A DNA stretch of 64,000 nucleotides. It comes from Thermoproteota archaeon (lineage in GTDB: Archaea > Thermoproteota > Thermoprotei_A > Sulfolobales > Ignisphaeraceae). Shown here piece after piece: positions 21,296-31,831 of this stretch. The stretch spans positions 707,150 through 771,149 of the forward strand of contig JAUQPB010000001.1 of the NCBI GenBank assembly GCA_030550585.1, given 5' to 3'. Positions within the stretch are counted from its first letter, which is position 1. The number at the start of each line of letters is the position of its first letter. A program made the position numbers and the translations under genes. Under the pieces are notes generated by a model. That model did not search any database. It saw only the letters and a program-made list of their open reading frames with translations, and was not told where the DNA came from.

Positions 21296-22560
21296 AGCTA
21301 GGCGATGTTGCTGGAATAGAGGATGTTGTTAAGTGTCTCTACGAGGAAGAGGATGTGTTTGCCGTGTACGAGGATCTGACAAAGAGTCTTTACAGCATTG
21401 TTGCATGGGGCTCTAGAAACACTGTGAGTAGCAGTAGTAGCAACGCTATTGATGAGGTTGTGCAAGCTCTGAAAAATGCTAGGAAGAGGGATTATCTCTA
21501 CCCACTGGACATAGGGTTAATAGGCTATGTAAGCTACGATGCTGTGAGACTATGGGAGAGGATACCAGATATAAAGCCATATCCAGAGGAGTGGCCGCTA
21601 ATCCAAATGTTTGAGCCGATTAACATGGCTGTGTACGACCATGGCAAAGGCGTTGTATATGTAGATGGAGATCCGAGTCTACTGAAGATCTGTAGAAGCA
21701 GAAGAGGAGACACAAACGCTGTACACAAGGTCAGTTTGTATGACTCTATGCTAGATGGAGACAAATTTGTTAGAGCTGTTGAAGAGACTCTAAAATATGT
21801 TAGAGACGGCTATGCGTTTCAGGTAGTTATATCGAGGTTCCAGAGATATGTCTACAGCGGCGATCTCACACAGTACTATTTGAATCTGAGAGCGATTAAT
21901 CCATCGCCATACACATACTTCATAAAATTTGGTGACAGAGCACTGATTGGTGCTAGTCCAGAGCTTCTATTCTCTCTTAGGAGAGGGGTTGTCGAAACAT
22001 ATCCTATTGCGGGTACTAGGCCTAGGGGCAGAACAGAGGAGGAGGACAAGGCTCTTGAGAAAGAGCTTATGGAGTCTGAAAAGGATAGGGCTGAGCATCT
22101 AATGCTCGTCGATCTGGCCAGAAACGATATTGGAAAGGTTTGTGAGCCGGGGACTGTGAGGGTAGAGAACCTCATGTACATAGAGAAGTATAGCCATGTG
22201 CAGCACATAGTATCTCGTGTTGTGGGAACCCTAAGAAAGAGGTTTACAGCAGTTGATGTGCTGAAAGCCGTTCTGCCTGCGGGGACTGTGAGCGGAGCTC
22301 CAAAGCCATTTGCCATGAAACTGATTGAAGAACTTGAGGAGTATAAGAGGGGGCCATATGCAGGCTCAGTAGGGTTCTTCACAACATCTGGAGAAGCCAC
22401 AATGGCGATAGCGATAAGAACAGCGTTTGTGTTTAAAGACCTTATCAGGCTGCAGGCTGGTGCAGGCATTGTCTACGACTCCAACCCGTATATGGAGCTG
22501 GAGGAAACAGAGCACAAGCTGGCTGCTTTAAAGAAGGCTCTCGGCATAGGCGGTTGGTGA
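21283..22560 (+). CDS. trpE: Anthranilate synthase component I
   Basis: [39 protein letters not shown]. Confidence 0.95.
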   Translation: MEVMKLGDVAGIEDVVKCLYEEEDVFAVYEDLTKSLYSIVAWGSRNTVSSSSSNAIDEVVQALKNARKRDYLYPLDIGLIGYVSYDAVRLWERIPDIKPYPEEWPLIQMFEPINMAVYDHGKGVVYVDGDPSLLKICRSRRGDTNAVHKVSLYDSMLDGDKFVRAVEETLKYVRDGYAFQVVISRFQRYVYSGDLTQYYLNLRAINPSPYTYFIKFGDRALIGASPELLFSLRRGVVETYPIAGTRPRGRTEEEDKALEKELMESEKDRAEHLMLVDLARNDIGKVCEPGTVRVENLMYIEKYSHVQHIVSRVVGTLRKRFTAVDVLKAVLPAGTVSGAPKPFAMKLIEELEEYKRGPYAGSVGFFTTSGEATMAIAIRTAFVFKDLIRLQAGAGIVYDSNPYMELEETEHKLAALKKALGIGGW

Positions 22561-23147
22561 GCATAGTGGACGTTGTCCTCATAATAGACAACTACGACAG
22601 CTTTGTCTACAACATTGCTCAGATAGTTGGAGAGCTTGGCGCAATGCCAATTGTTGTGAGAAACGATGAGATTTCGATTTCAGCTGTTGAGAGAATCAAC
22701 CCCGATAGAATAATCATTTCTCCTGGCCCTGGATCGCCGGAAAAGGCCGAGGATGTTGGGATTTCCACTGAAGTTGTTAGAAGATTCTATAGGAGCATTC
22801 CAATTCTAGGCGTTTGTCTGGGGCACCAAGTGATAGGCTATGCATTTGGCGCGAAGATTAGGAGGGCTAGGAGGATAATGCATGGAAAGATATCAACAAT
22901 AAAGATTGTGAATAGGACAAACCTGTTTAGGGGTGTCCCAGAGGTTTTCAAGGCCACGAGATACAACAGCCTTGTAGTAGACTCTCTACCAAACAACCTT
23001 GTTCTAGACGCCATATCTCTAGACGACGGTGAGATCATGGCTATTCACCACATAGAGTATCCAGTCTATGGGGTGCAGTTCCATCCGGAAAGCATTGGGA
23101 CGGAGTATGGAAAGGCTATACTCAGAAACTTTCTGGATTTGGTGTAG
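22554..23147 (+). CDS. trpG: Anthranilate synthase component II (glutamine amidotransferase)
   Basis: IDNYDSF, SPGPG, GVCLGHQ, QFHPES. Confidence 0.95.
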   Translation: MVSIVDVVLIIDNYDSFVYNIAQIVGELGAMPIVVRNDEISISAVERINPDRIIISPGPGSPEKAEDVGISTEVVRRFYRSIPILGVCLGHQVIGYAFGAKIRRARRIMHGKISTIKIVNRTNLFRGVPEVFKATRYNSLVVDSLPNNLVLDAISLDDGEIMAIHHIEYPVYGVQFHPESIGTEYGKAILRNFLDLV

Positions 23148-23150
23148 CTG

Positions 23151-23912
23151 ATGGGCAGGGCTCTTCCAGAGTGGTTGGAGAAGGTAATTAGATATAACAT
23201 GTCTAGACCGCCAATGAAGATGAGCAGGTTTAGAGCTGTTCACAGTCTCAGATCGAGAATCGAGGAGTTTTACAACGCTGGCAAAACAGCTGTTATAGCT
23301 GAGTACAAGACCAGGTCCCCATCCGGTTTGCATGTGGAGAGGGATCTGATGGACTATATAAGAACTGTTGAACTGCATGCAGTTGGTTTGAGTGTTCTAA
23401 CCGAGGAGCTATACTTTGGAGGCTCTTACAGCAATCTTGTTAGAGCGGCTTCTGCAACCAGCATACCTATACTCATCAAAGATATTATTGTTTCGCACAG
23501 CCAAATAGAGACGGCTTATAATGTTGGGGCAGACGCTGTTCTTCTAATAGCGTCTATACTAAGTGATAGAGAGCTTGACAAACTATATGAAGAGGCTAGG
23601 GGATATGGTCTAGAAGCCCTTGTAGAGGTTCACACAGTTGAAGAGGCTAGAAACGTTGTGGAGATGGGCTATCCGATGATTGGTGTAAACTCTAGAAACC
23701 TGCTAACACTAGAGGTTAGCGTGGTCCATGCATACAAAGTTCTAGAGACAATACCAAATAGGTTCACTAAAGTTGCTGAGAGTGGTATTAAGAGTAGAAG
23801 CGATATCGAGTATCTCAGGAGGGTGGGGGCAAAGGCTTTTCTAGTTGGGACAGAGCTTATGAAGAACCCTCTAAAGATATTCGATCTAGCATCTCCATTC
23901 CAGCTGCATTAA
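23151..23912 (+). CDS. trpC: Indole-3-glycerol phosphate synthase
   Basis: IAEYKTRSPSG, SVLTE, KD, LVEVH, GVNSR, AESGI. Confidence 0.95.
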   Translation: MGRALPEWLEKVIRYNMSRPPMKMSRFRAVHSLRSRIEEFYNAGKTAVIAEYKTRSPSGLHVERDLMDYIRTVELHAVGLSVLTEELYFGGSYSNLVRAASATSIPILIKDIIVSHSQIETAYNVGADAVLLIASILSDRELDKLYEEARGYGLEALVEVHTVEEARNVVEMGYPMIGVNSRNLLTLEVSVVHAYKVLETIPNRFTKVAESGIKSRSDIEYLRRVGAKAFLVGTELMKNPLKIFDLASPFQLH

Positions 23913-23926
23913 TATTAACATTTTTA

Positions 23927-25015
23927 ATGTTGTCAAAGCTCTTTAGTGTGTGGCTGGTCATATTGGAATGCAAAAACGTTGAGTGTATTCTTGACGAGGT
24001 CGACCAAAAAATTTTTGAGAAGATTGCTAAGCGTGTAAAGGCTTTGCAGAGTCTTGGATATGACCAGGCCAAGCAGATTCTCTTGTCGAGAAGAGAGAGG
24101 GTTGCCGAGATCGTTAGCCAGGGGAATGGGCTTCCCAAAGAATCTGCCAAGCTGCTGCTCAGCTACATAGACGATCTAACACTTCAACTCATAAAGCCTT
24201 TGACAGTCGCTTTCCTCGGCCCTAGAGGCAGCTTCACGGAGGAGGCAACACTAAAAATCTTCTCTGGTGCCGGTGTCAAGCCAGTTCCATACCCATCAAT
24301 CTCAGATGTTTTTAGAGCTGTTGAAAATGGTGAGGTAGACTATGGTGTTGTACCCCTCGAAAACTCTACCGAGGGTAGTGTGGGGGAGACCCTAGATATG
24401 CTGGCCACATCATCTGTCAGAATCTGTGGGGAGACTGAGGTGAGGATAGTCCACAACCTAATAGCCAAGCCGGGTACAAGGCTAGAAGATGTCAAGGTTG
24501 TTCTAAGCCACCCAATGGCATTGGCACAGTGCAGAAACTTCATATATTCGAGGCTCAAAGGCGTTAGGATAGAGACGAGGGCCAGCACAGCAGAGGCTGT
24601 TAAAGAGGCTGTTGAAACAGATGGTGTAGCCGCCATAGGGTCTGAGCTGGCAGCCAGAATCTATGGCGGGGAGATAGTTGCTAGGGGTATAGAGGACAAC
24701 AAAGAGAACTACACAAGATTCATAGTAATAGGCTTCAAACCCCTCGAAAAAGGCACAGAAACAAAAACATCAATAATATTCACAGTTAAACACATTCCAG
24801 GAGCGCTATACAAAGCCCTAGAACCATTTGCAAGCAGAGGCATAAACCTAACGAAAATCGAGTCCAGACCAATAAAGGGAAAGCCATGGGAGTACATGTT
24901 CTTCCTAGACCTCCAAGGCACTCTAGACGACCCAAAAGTGGCAGAAGCAATAGACGAACTGAAAAACAGATCAACATATATAAAAATCCTAGGATCATAC
25001 AAGAAAATACAGTAG
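23927..25015 (+). CDS. pheA: Prephenate dehydratase with N-terminal chorismate-mutase-like domain and ACT domain
   Basis: LGPRGSFTE, PLENSTEG, SHPMALAQC, NYTRF, NLTKIESRP. Confidence 0.93.
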   Translation: MLSKLFSVWLVILECKNVECILDEVDQKIFEKIAKRVKALQSLGYDQAKQILLSRRERVAEIVSQGNGLPKESAKLLLSYIDDLTLQLIKPLTVAFLGPRGSFTEEATLKIFSGAGVKPVPYPSISDVFRAVENGEVDYGVVPLENSTEGSVGETLDMLATSSVRICGETEVRIVHNLIAKPGTRLEDVKVVLSHPMALAQCRNFIYSRLKGVRIETRASTAEAVKEAVETDGVAAIGSELAARIYGGEIVARGIEDNKENYTRFIVIGFKPLEKGTETKTSIIFTVKHIPGALYKALEPFASRGINLTKIESRPIKGKPWEYMFFLDLQGTLDDPKVAEAIDELKNRSTYIKILGSYKKIQ

Positions 25016-25098
25016 AAAACAGAGCAACACATCACAAACAATCCATCCACCACCTCAACAAACCTAATAAGAGCCTTAAACTGCAAAACCAATACAAA

Positions 25099-25177
25099 GG
25101 GCCCGTAGCTCAGCCAGGATAAGAGCGCCGGCCTTCGGAGCCGGTGGTCGGGGGTTCGAATCCCCCCGGGCCCGCCA
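25099..25177 (+). tRNA. tRNA-Arg(TCG)
   Basis: GGGCCCG acceptor stem, CCGGC-CTTCGGA-GCCGG anticodon arm, GGTTCGAATCC T-loop, encoded CCA. Confidence 0.95.
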
Positions 25178-25259
25178 CAAAATATTTATAGAATTGATGG
25201 TATTTCCAATAAGTTTTATATCTGCCCCCTTGTCACAAACACATGGGAGTTCACGGGAC

Positions 25260-25648
25260 AGTGCATACGTGAAGACCAGACGTGGCAAGCCCTGCTCTAC
25301 CTACATGGGCAGAGAGGGTATAGTGTCAAGGAGTTGGCACGTTGGCTTGACATCGGCAAGTCCACTGTCCACAAGGTTCTGCAGGGGAGCGACGACCACT
25401 GCCCGGAACTGCGCATTAAGCTCCACGAAGTATTCTCCGAGGAGCTGCTCCGCATACTGAAGGGCCTTCAGATACTCCGCCACTACGGCTTAGTTGATGA
25501 AGAGGAGCGCTTGAATAAGACCGTTGTCTTAGCCGTATTCAACGCGCTAATGCAGGATGAGACATTAAAGGAAGACGTACTCAACCATTTTCTCAAGTGC
25601 TATAAGCAAGACATAATGGAGAGGATATGCGAGCAACCCCCTCTCTAG
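25260..25648 (+). pseudogene. N-terminal HTH fragment of a crenarchaeal tRNA-targeting integrase
   Basis: HTH VKELARWLDIGKSTVHKVLQG followed by LRHYGLVDEEERLN...DETLKEDVL...YKQDI, resembling integrase N-termini (recognised from memory); directly downstream of the tRNA; no catalytic domain. Confidence 0.6.
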
Positions 25649-25863
25649 GAGACTCAAACATCCTATCAACCAATATGCACGAGAGCTCTCGTGGATAATC
25701 ACTACAGCTCCAAGCCTACGTCATTAACCAGTAGCGACATCAGCCAACTAGGGAAACTTCTTTATCCTATTGAAAGTGTTTCTAGTTTTTTGAACGATTT
25801 CAATTTAAAGTCTTATATACCAGGCACCTATAGGATAGGCGGTTAGATGAAGGTGGGTGTAGC

Positions 25864-27297
25864 TTGATGGAAGTGGCTAAACATAAACATGTTTCCTTTT
25901 TTACTGTTCTCATCTTTGGACTGTTGCTCGTTTCTTCTCTCTCATATGCTACACACGTATATACATCCTCTGATATGGTTGAAGAACACCAGTTGAAGTT
26001 GCTATACAATTTTGAAGGCTACGCTATCTTAGCCTATAGTAATCTCACACCGGTGAAAGTCAAGTTTGAACTTGTGGAGCGGCCGCTCGAGTACATCTTT
26101 TTTTCTACTGACTCGAGGGCTCTCATCGACTACGTTAAGGGCACTGACATCTACAGCAATATTTCTCGTATTTTAGAAGGCGTAGAAATGGTTAAAGTGA
26201 TATTGTCTTGTAAATACAACGTGAATAGTAGCGACATAATGGTTTCGCGAAGCAACGATACTATAGTAATAACATTGCCAGCCGGCCCCTGCATTACTGC
26301 CGAGTCTCTACCAGTCCTACTAGGGGTGAAGGGTGGGGTTTACGTTGGACATAGTGGTAACGATACGGCCTTTGTCAGAATTGTGGTAAATGCTACACCA
26401 CTGATTAGAGAGGGCTGGAAGATAGTGGCAGACGACCCGTTGCTGAGAGCACTCTTATGCGGCTCTGTAGAAGATGTAGCCTGTACTCCAAGAACTATAG
26501 AGCTCTCAAGCCCACTGTATAAGATCGTGGGGAGCGAAGTCTATGAAGAGTCGGAGAAAGTGGGGAGCTTCTTCCCATTCTACATTGGCTACCCCAGAAA
26601 CGCTACAGAAGTGAAGTCTGTGGTTGAGAACAAGGCAAAGCTATACTATTATAACATAAGTGGCTCAGTCTACATGGTCAAGTACCTTAAGAAGTTCGCG
26701 AAGTACGGTCAAATGCCTGAAGTCAGAGAAGTCTCAGAAATACATGTATCTCTAATAGACCCCTACTACATATCTCAAGTGAAAGCCGCAATGGAGCGCC
26801 TTGATCCTCTAAGCTTAAGCTATACTTCCATTAAATACTTTATCCCCAATATTTTTGCTATTGCGAATCCCGATGAAAAGTTGTTTCGGTTAGTACAAGA
26901 CTTTATTGTAGATGTGTTGCTAGGCAAGAAGCCGCAGATAAGCTTTACTACGACAGAGAGCACGGAACGACCCCCGTATACAAGTTTCGTAGGCACGAAT
27001 TCAGAGCCTGAGGTGCAGTACATTTACAGCTATCCAATTGCCATGAGGTTGGTACCGTTAAAGGTTTTGGCACCTGGATCCGCAGGCAACTCCTCGTTCT
27101 TTCTCCACATAATATTCTTGGAGAACATTCACTACGAAGAAATCGACCCATACTCTATTTACATAGGCTACTACGAGGTTCCACGCGAAGCTGCTGATTG
27201 CTGGCTATGCAGGTGGATACCGATAGTTATCACCTTGTCTGCTCTGATCGCTACTGTAGCACTGATTGCTTACTTTAAAAAGAGGAGATCGTCATGA
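25864..27297 (+). CDS. Secreted protein with C-terminal membrane anchor
   Basis: Signal peptide, C-terminal TM followed by KKRR. Confidence 0.75.
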   Translation: MMEVAKHKHVSFFTVLIFGLLLVSSLSYATHVYTSSDMVEEHQLKLLYNFEGYAILAYSNLTPVKVKFELVERPLEYIFFSTDSRALIDYVKGTDIYSNISRILEGVEMVKVILSCKYNVNSSDIMVSRSNDTIVITLPAGPCITAESLPVLLGVKGGVYVGHSGNDTAFVRIVVNATPLIREGWKIVADDPLLRALLCGSVEDVACTPRTIELSSPLYKIVGSEVYEESEKVGSFFPFYIGYPRNATEVKSVVENKAKLYYYNISGSVYMVKYLKKFAKYGQMPEVREVSEIHVSLIDPYYISQVKAAMERLDPLSLSYTSIKYFIPNIFAIANPDEKLFRLVQDFIVDVLLGKKPQISFTTTESTERPPYTSFVGTNSEPEVQYIYSYPIAMRLVPLKVLAPGSAGNSSFFLHIIFLENIHYEEIDPYSIYIGYYEVPREAADCWLCRWIPIVITLSALIATVALIAYFKKRRSS

Positions 27298-28133
27298 GGG
27301 TTCTGCTACTAAATAAGATAGCGTTAGTATTCCTCGTAGTAGCACTAACTCTTACTGCATACGTTGCTACCGAGCCTGTAGCTGATATTGCATCGCGTTA
27401 CTACGGCGTTGAATTCAGCAGGTTCTATAGTTTCGAATATATTCGTGTTACTGAAATACTGACTAGAGCGATTGACGGCCCTCTACCGATCATTAGTAGA
27501 GGACTCACATCAAGTACGACGTTCAACAACCTCCTCCAAACGGCCTCTGATAAGTACCCTATTATTAGTAACGTGTACCGTGGAATAATCATTGGAGACG
27601 CCATCAATAGGTTTTACACCTTCAGCCTTCCAATGGCAATTATCTTTTCATCGATATTCTACGTGGTAGTCCTAGACGCTATGAGTATACGCAGAATACT
27701 CCAGGTGATAGCGTCCATAGGCATAAGGAGGTACTGGTTCAACATCGTTATTCTCGCACTAATGTCAAGCCTAGCTTATGTAGCGACACTTGCTCTCCCT
27801 GTGTCACTTTATGTATGCCCCTCGTGTAGCTTGTGGGATAAATTCGTGGGTTTCTTCTCCTTGTTTACGCTGTTCTCGATAGTTCTCTTGTCAGAAGCTC
27901 TCGTATATGTGCTGGTCTGGAATGCCTTGCCAGCACTACTCGTGGGTATGTCAACCTCCATAGTTTTCTTAAGCTACCCGGAGCAAGTGGCGGAAATTCT
28001 CAAGGACTCTATAAGACTGTTTGGATTAGAAGTTCAAGACCCCATATCGGTTCATACACTTCTAAACCTGGTCTTCTTGTTACTACTGTTTCTTGCAACA
28101 TACGTAGTAATTGTTAAGAGGGAGGTGTATTGA
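27294..28133 (+). CDS. Putative ABC exporter permease
   Basis: ~6 TM segments, C-terminal KREVY, in operon with an ATPase. Confidence 0.65.
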   Translation: MRVLLLNKIALVFLVVALTLTAYVATEPVADIASRYYGVEFSRFYSFEYIRVTEILTRAIDGPLPIISRGLTSSTTFNNLLQTASDKYPIISNVYRGIIIGDAINRFYTFSLPMAIIFSSIFYVVVLDAMSIRRILQVIASIGIRRYWFNIVILALMSSLAYVATLALPVSLYVCPSCSLWDKFVGFFSLFTLFSIVLLSEALVYVLVWNALPALLVGMSTSIVFLSYPEQVAEILKDSIRLFGLEVQDPISVHTLLNLVFLLLLFLATYVVIVKREVY

Positions 28134-28519
28134 GGAGGATACACTACTACTATCTCGCATGGATAGCTATACCCCTAGTCATACTCTCCACATCCCTTTT
28201 TGCTATTCACAATCATCTCTACTCAGAGACGTACTCCTATAGCTTGCAACTTGTCAGCAGTGAGGGTTATACTGACGGCTTCCTCGCCTATATGCCACTA
28301 ACCGGTACACTTCAAGTAAGCCTGGTGTGTCAAGGAGGGGGAGATATTAAAGTTAACGTAAGTGTGGTTGCCGAGACGAGGACAAGCCTACACCTTTCCT
28401 GTAACAATACTGTTACAGTCAAGGTGGAGAAGCCTGGACTCGTCATGGTTTATGCGAGAGTGGAAGAGGTTAAGGGTGGAGGTGTAGAAGCATGGCTGAG
28501 AGCACAGGTAAAGCCGTAG
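28130..28519 (+). CDS. Small membrane-anchored beta-rich extracellular protein
   Basis: N-terminal TM; overlaps both neighbours. Confidence 0.6.
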   Translation: MRRIHYYYLAWIAIPLVILSTSLFAIHNHLYSETYSYSLQLVSSEGYTDGFLAYMPLTGTLQVSLVCQGGGDIKVNVSVVAETRTSLHLSCNNTVTVKVEKPGLVMVYARVEEVKGGGVEAWLRAQVKP

Positions 28520-29346
28520 TAGAAGTTGTTGACGTCGGAAAGAAGTATGGAGGTCGCTGGGTTCTGAGACATGTAAAGCTGCTTGTCAATCCCCGTGACA
28601 GGATTGTAATTATGGGACCTAATGGAAGCGGTAAATCAACACTCGTGAAAATACTAATGGGGCTCACAAGCCCGAGCGAGGGCTTCGTGAAAATACTCGG
28701 CGAGCGCGTTGGGAAAGCCGGCTTCGACAAATTGAGGCGTAGTATAGGGTATATGCCGGAGAAAACCACGCTTCCAGGCGAGATGAGAGTTGAGGACTAC
28801 CTCTCTCTATTTGCCGAGTTAAGGGGGTGCACCTATGATGATTTAGCTGAATCCCTGGGGCTAAAAGCATTCTACAAAGCCAAGATAAGTACCTTGTCGC
28901 AGGGCTACCAGCGCAGAGTAATGCTTGCTGCTGCACTACTTGGCAAACCACGGCTCATTATCCTCGACGAGCCATATGCCAATCTCGACATAGGCTCGCG
29001 ATTTGCAATAGACGAGCTTCTCCAGAGCTACTCCAAGGACCTTACACTCATTATGACTACCCACGTGAAACCTGGTCTAAGTGGTTTTAGAACAGTACTG
29101 TTAATGAACGGTAATGTCATCGGCAGCGTACTGTATGAAGACGACTATGTTGAAATCAGCCTAACCTGTGGAAATAAACGTGAAGTACTTAGGGTTTACG
29201 CCAAAGACAAGGGGCACTCAGAAAAAGTGATGGCATTCAATAAATTGATAAGAGAGGGGTGTATCATAGAAGACATTGATGTGGTAACTTTCGAAAGCAT
29301 CCTCCGCGAAATGCTATCTCATCAGGCTAAACCCACATCCTTTTAG
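28492..29346 (+). CDS. ABC transporter ATP-binding protein
   Basis: GPNGSGKS, LSQGY, IILDEP, TTH. Confidence 0.9.
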   Translation: MAESTGKAVVEVVDVGKKYGGRWVLRHVKLLVNPRDRIVIMGPNGSGKSTLVKILMGLTSPSEGFVKILGERVGKAGFDKLRRSIGYMPEKTTLPGEMRVEDYLSLFAELRGCTYDDLAESLGLKAFYKAKISTLSQGYQRRVMLAAALLGKPRLIILDEPYANLDIGSRFAIDELLQSYSKDLTLIMTTHVKPGLSGFRTVLLMNGNVIGSVLYEDDYVEISLTCGNKREVLRVYAKDKGHSEKVMAFNKLIREGCIIEDIDVVTFESILREMLSHQAKPTSF

Positions 29347-29548
29347 CACACCACACTAGCATACCTGAGTTTTTACAACACAAGCTCCAACATTAGGAGC
29401 AAAACTCCTTGAATACCCTGGCTGTGAGCCACTAGGCACAGTCCCGAAATCGATGCTGACAAGGAATGGGTATCTGTGATCGATATCCTCCACCCAGGCC
29501 CCGTTTTATTCACACAATCTCATTTTTTACCTGTTCAAGCCTTCTCTA

Positions 29549-29573
29549 GCCTTTGGAGCCGATGGTATTTCCA
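29549..29573 (+). repeat. Internally deleted copy of tRNA-Arg 3' half plus flank (attR-like)
   Basis: gcctttggagccgatggt matches tRNA 25131-25148 at 16/18; gatggtatttcca is identical to 25196-25208. Confidence 0.55.
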
Positions 29574-29774
29574 TTAAATAGTTCCCTGCGTATTATTCTC
29601 AATGATGCAGATAGTAATGGCTCTAGATTTTTTAGAAGATTGAATGGGGTTGAGTTCGACAGCTGAATAAACATCGCTTCTAGGGCTGTCAATCACTATT
29701 TACATGGAACGATGGAGTTAGTTATGTTGTCATGGAGGCGAAATGCTTATATATTGGTTTAGCCTGGTTTTACC

Positions 29775-30059
29775 TTGGGTGGGCTTGGTTTGGCTCTTAG
29801 GTTGAGGGTTGGGAGGAAGGGCTATATAATTTTGCCGAAGGCTGTTCGCGATGTTTTCGGTATTGATGAGGGTGATGAGCTTATTGTTGAGATTAGAGAT
29901 GGTATTGTTCTTAAGCCTGCTAAGAGGGGTGTAGACATTGAGAAACTCAGAGAGTCTCTGAGGAGGCATGTAGAAAAGCTTGCAAGTCTCCCCTCGAGAA
30001 AAGAGCCTAGGCCAGGGGAACTAGCGAAAATGTATCTTGAGGAGGAGTTTGAGGAGTGA
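29775..30059 (+). CDS. AbrB/MazE-family antitoxin
   Basis: LRVGRKGYIILPKAVRDVFGIDEGDEL. Confidence 0.88.
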   Translation: MGGLGLALRLRVGRKGYIILPKAVRDVFGIDEGDELIVEIRDGIVLKPAKRGVDIEKLRESLRRHVEKLASLPSRKEPRPGELAKMYLEEEFEE

Positions 30060-30460
30060 AGGTCTTCATAGACTCCCCACTTCTCATATACCTCAACACC
30101 GTAGCAGATCCCAAGACTAGGATTATCTACGAGAACTTCTATATAGATATACTGACTAGGTATAAGCCGTATACTGATGTACTCGTACTCGATGAGCTAA
30201 TCCACGTCTCTAAAAAGAAGTATGGCATTCCATACAACATAACAATAGAGTTTATAGAGTCAAATGTGCTTCCATACATATCTGTAATAAGCCTAGGCGA
30301 AGAGGAGTATAAGCAGGCGATAAAATTCCTACTAGACTACAACCTTAAACCATCAGACTCACTCCACCTAGGAGCAATGGTCAACAACGGTATAAACACC
30401 ATTGTTAGCGAGGACAGCGAATTAGATAAAGTACCCATAGTGAAGAGGTTGTGGGTATAG
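30056..30460 (+). CDS. vapC: VapC PIN-domain toxin
   Basis: VFIDS, E, DSLHL, SEDSELD; overlaps the antitoxin stop. Confidence 0.88.
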   Translation: MKVFIDSPLLIYLNTVADPKTRIIYENFYIDILTRYKPYTDVLVLDELIHVSKKKYGIPYNITIEFIESNVLPYISVISLGEEEYKQAIKFLLDYNLKPSDSLHLGAMVNNGINTIVSEDSELDKVPIVKRLWV

Positions 30461-30602
30461 CTAAATACCCTGCATCTCACTATTTTTGTAGAAATTGTAG
30501 AAAATCGGAAAATCCGAGGAAGTATACAAGTCGGTGTTGCTATAGTATTTCATAGGGTAACCCGTTACTGTGAAGATAGGGTATAGTTACTTTAACTAAT
30601 TA

Positions 30603-31476
30603 TTGCAGCCATACATACTATTGGTTCCAGCATTAACTGTCAGCTCAAACCATACATACAGTGTTTCGGCGATTGATAGGTACGGCCCTGTCGCCATCTA
30701 CTCCGAGAATAGTGTAGCAATATACGCGTTTGGCGAAGAGCTCTTCAACTACACCTATAGAAATGTGTATGTCTACATCAAAAGTAACTACATTATCGAG
30801 GGTGAAGACAAAATCCAAAACTATACGATATGGTCAATAGGTATCTGCCGGCAAACCAGTATGAATTAAACTTAAGCACTGTAAAAGCAGATACTTGGGG
30901 AGAAGAACAAATCGCTAACCTCTTCAACGAGAAAATAGGTTATCCAGTTGTTGAAGGAGCAAAAGAATATGGTAGCACACCTCTAGTAATTATAAAAGTA
31001 ATTATAAAGAATACATGGGGTATGAGGTTTGGCAAACTCATTAAGATTGCTAGGAAAGTGGCGAGAGGTACAATGAAAGAGTGGAGATTATTGAAATGAA
31101 CCCATTTGAAGAGTTCTCTAGCGGAGAATACAATGAATCGCTGATAGCTTTGGAAATCATGAAAATTGTTGAGGAAAATGGTCTGGCAAATACTGTAACC
31201 GGTGTAGGTGTAAAGATTCCAGCACCTAAAATATATGCTGTCTTAGAACTCGACTCAGATGCGCTAGAAACCACTGCACAAAGTAAACACATCAATGCAA
31301 ATAAGCTAATTCAATACATCATAGACAAGCTGAGGGAAAGAACACCTGAAGAAATACTACTATCCACCATCGTTAAGAAGAGAGGCACAGTCGAGCTCTT
31401 AGATAATTATGAGAGAAACAAGGTCAGCAACACCCCCGCAATTCCAGTAATTGCACCATCATCAGCTATGTATTGA
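30603..31476 (+). pseudogene. Frameshifted secreted hypothetical protein (three consecutive overlapping ORFs)
   Basis: ORFs 30603-30869, 30830-31099 and 31081-31476 overlap in successive frames with continuous protein-like composition. Confidence 0.55.
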
Positions 31477-31493
31477 TGGTATTTGAATAGACG

Positions 31494-31535
31494 TTGACCT
31501 CCTCCCACCCTAAAGGGCGAGGCTCTCAGCTGTAA
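31494..31535 (+). mobile_element. IS200/IS605-family-like end (hairpin) without transposase
   Basis: TTGAC followed by CTCCTCCCACCCTAAAGGGCGAGG, resembling the CCC-TAAA-GGGCG subterminal hairpin of archaeal IS605-family elements. Confidence 0.55.
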
Positions 31536-31831
31536 ATTACACCATAATGAGTATCTTTTCCCAGGTCATTCCCAGGTCATTTCTAAAAAAATGTCGTCTC
31601 TTGTTAGCACAACTCTTCCATCGTCCTTAGCTATGCATACTACCTCAGTTTTGTCTACCCCACTATTTTTTGGGCAACGTATAGGGCTATTAACACTGCT
31701 ATTACATCTATTGCCATGTTCACATACTTGTTATAGATGTTTAGAACAATGGTTATGTAGGTCAATGGCAAGATTATTAGGGCTACTATGATCATGCCAA
31801 CGATTATTAGTTTTAGTGTTGATCCCGTTGG

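Noticed and set aside
25076-25288. Minus-strand ORFs over the tRNA and its fragments (WRARGDSNPRPPAP; also 36344..36562)
   Set aside because: Antisense translation of tRNA sequence with no convincing integrase continuation
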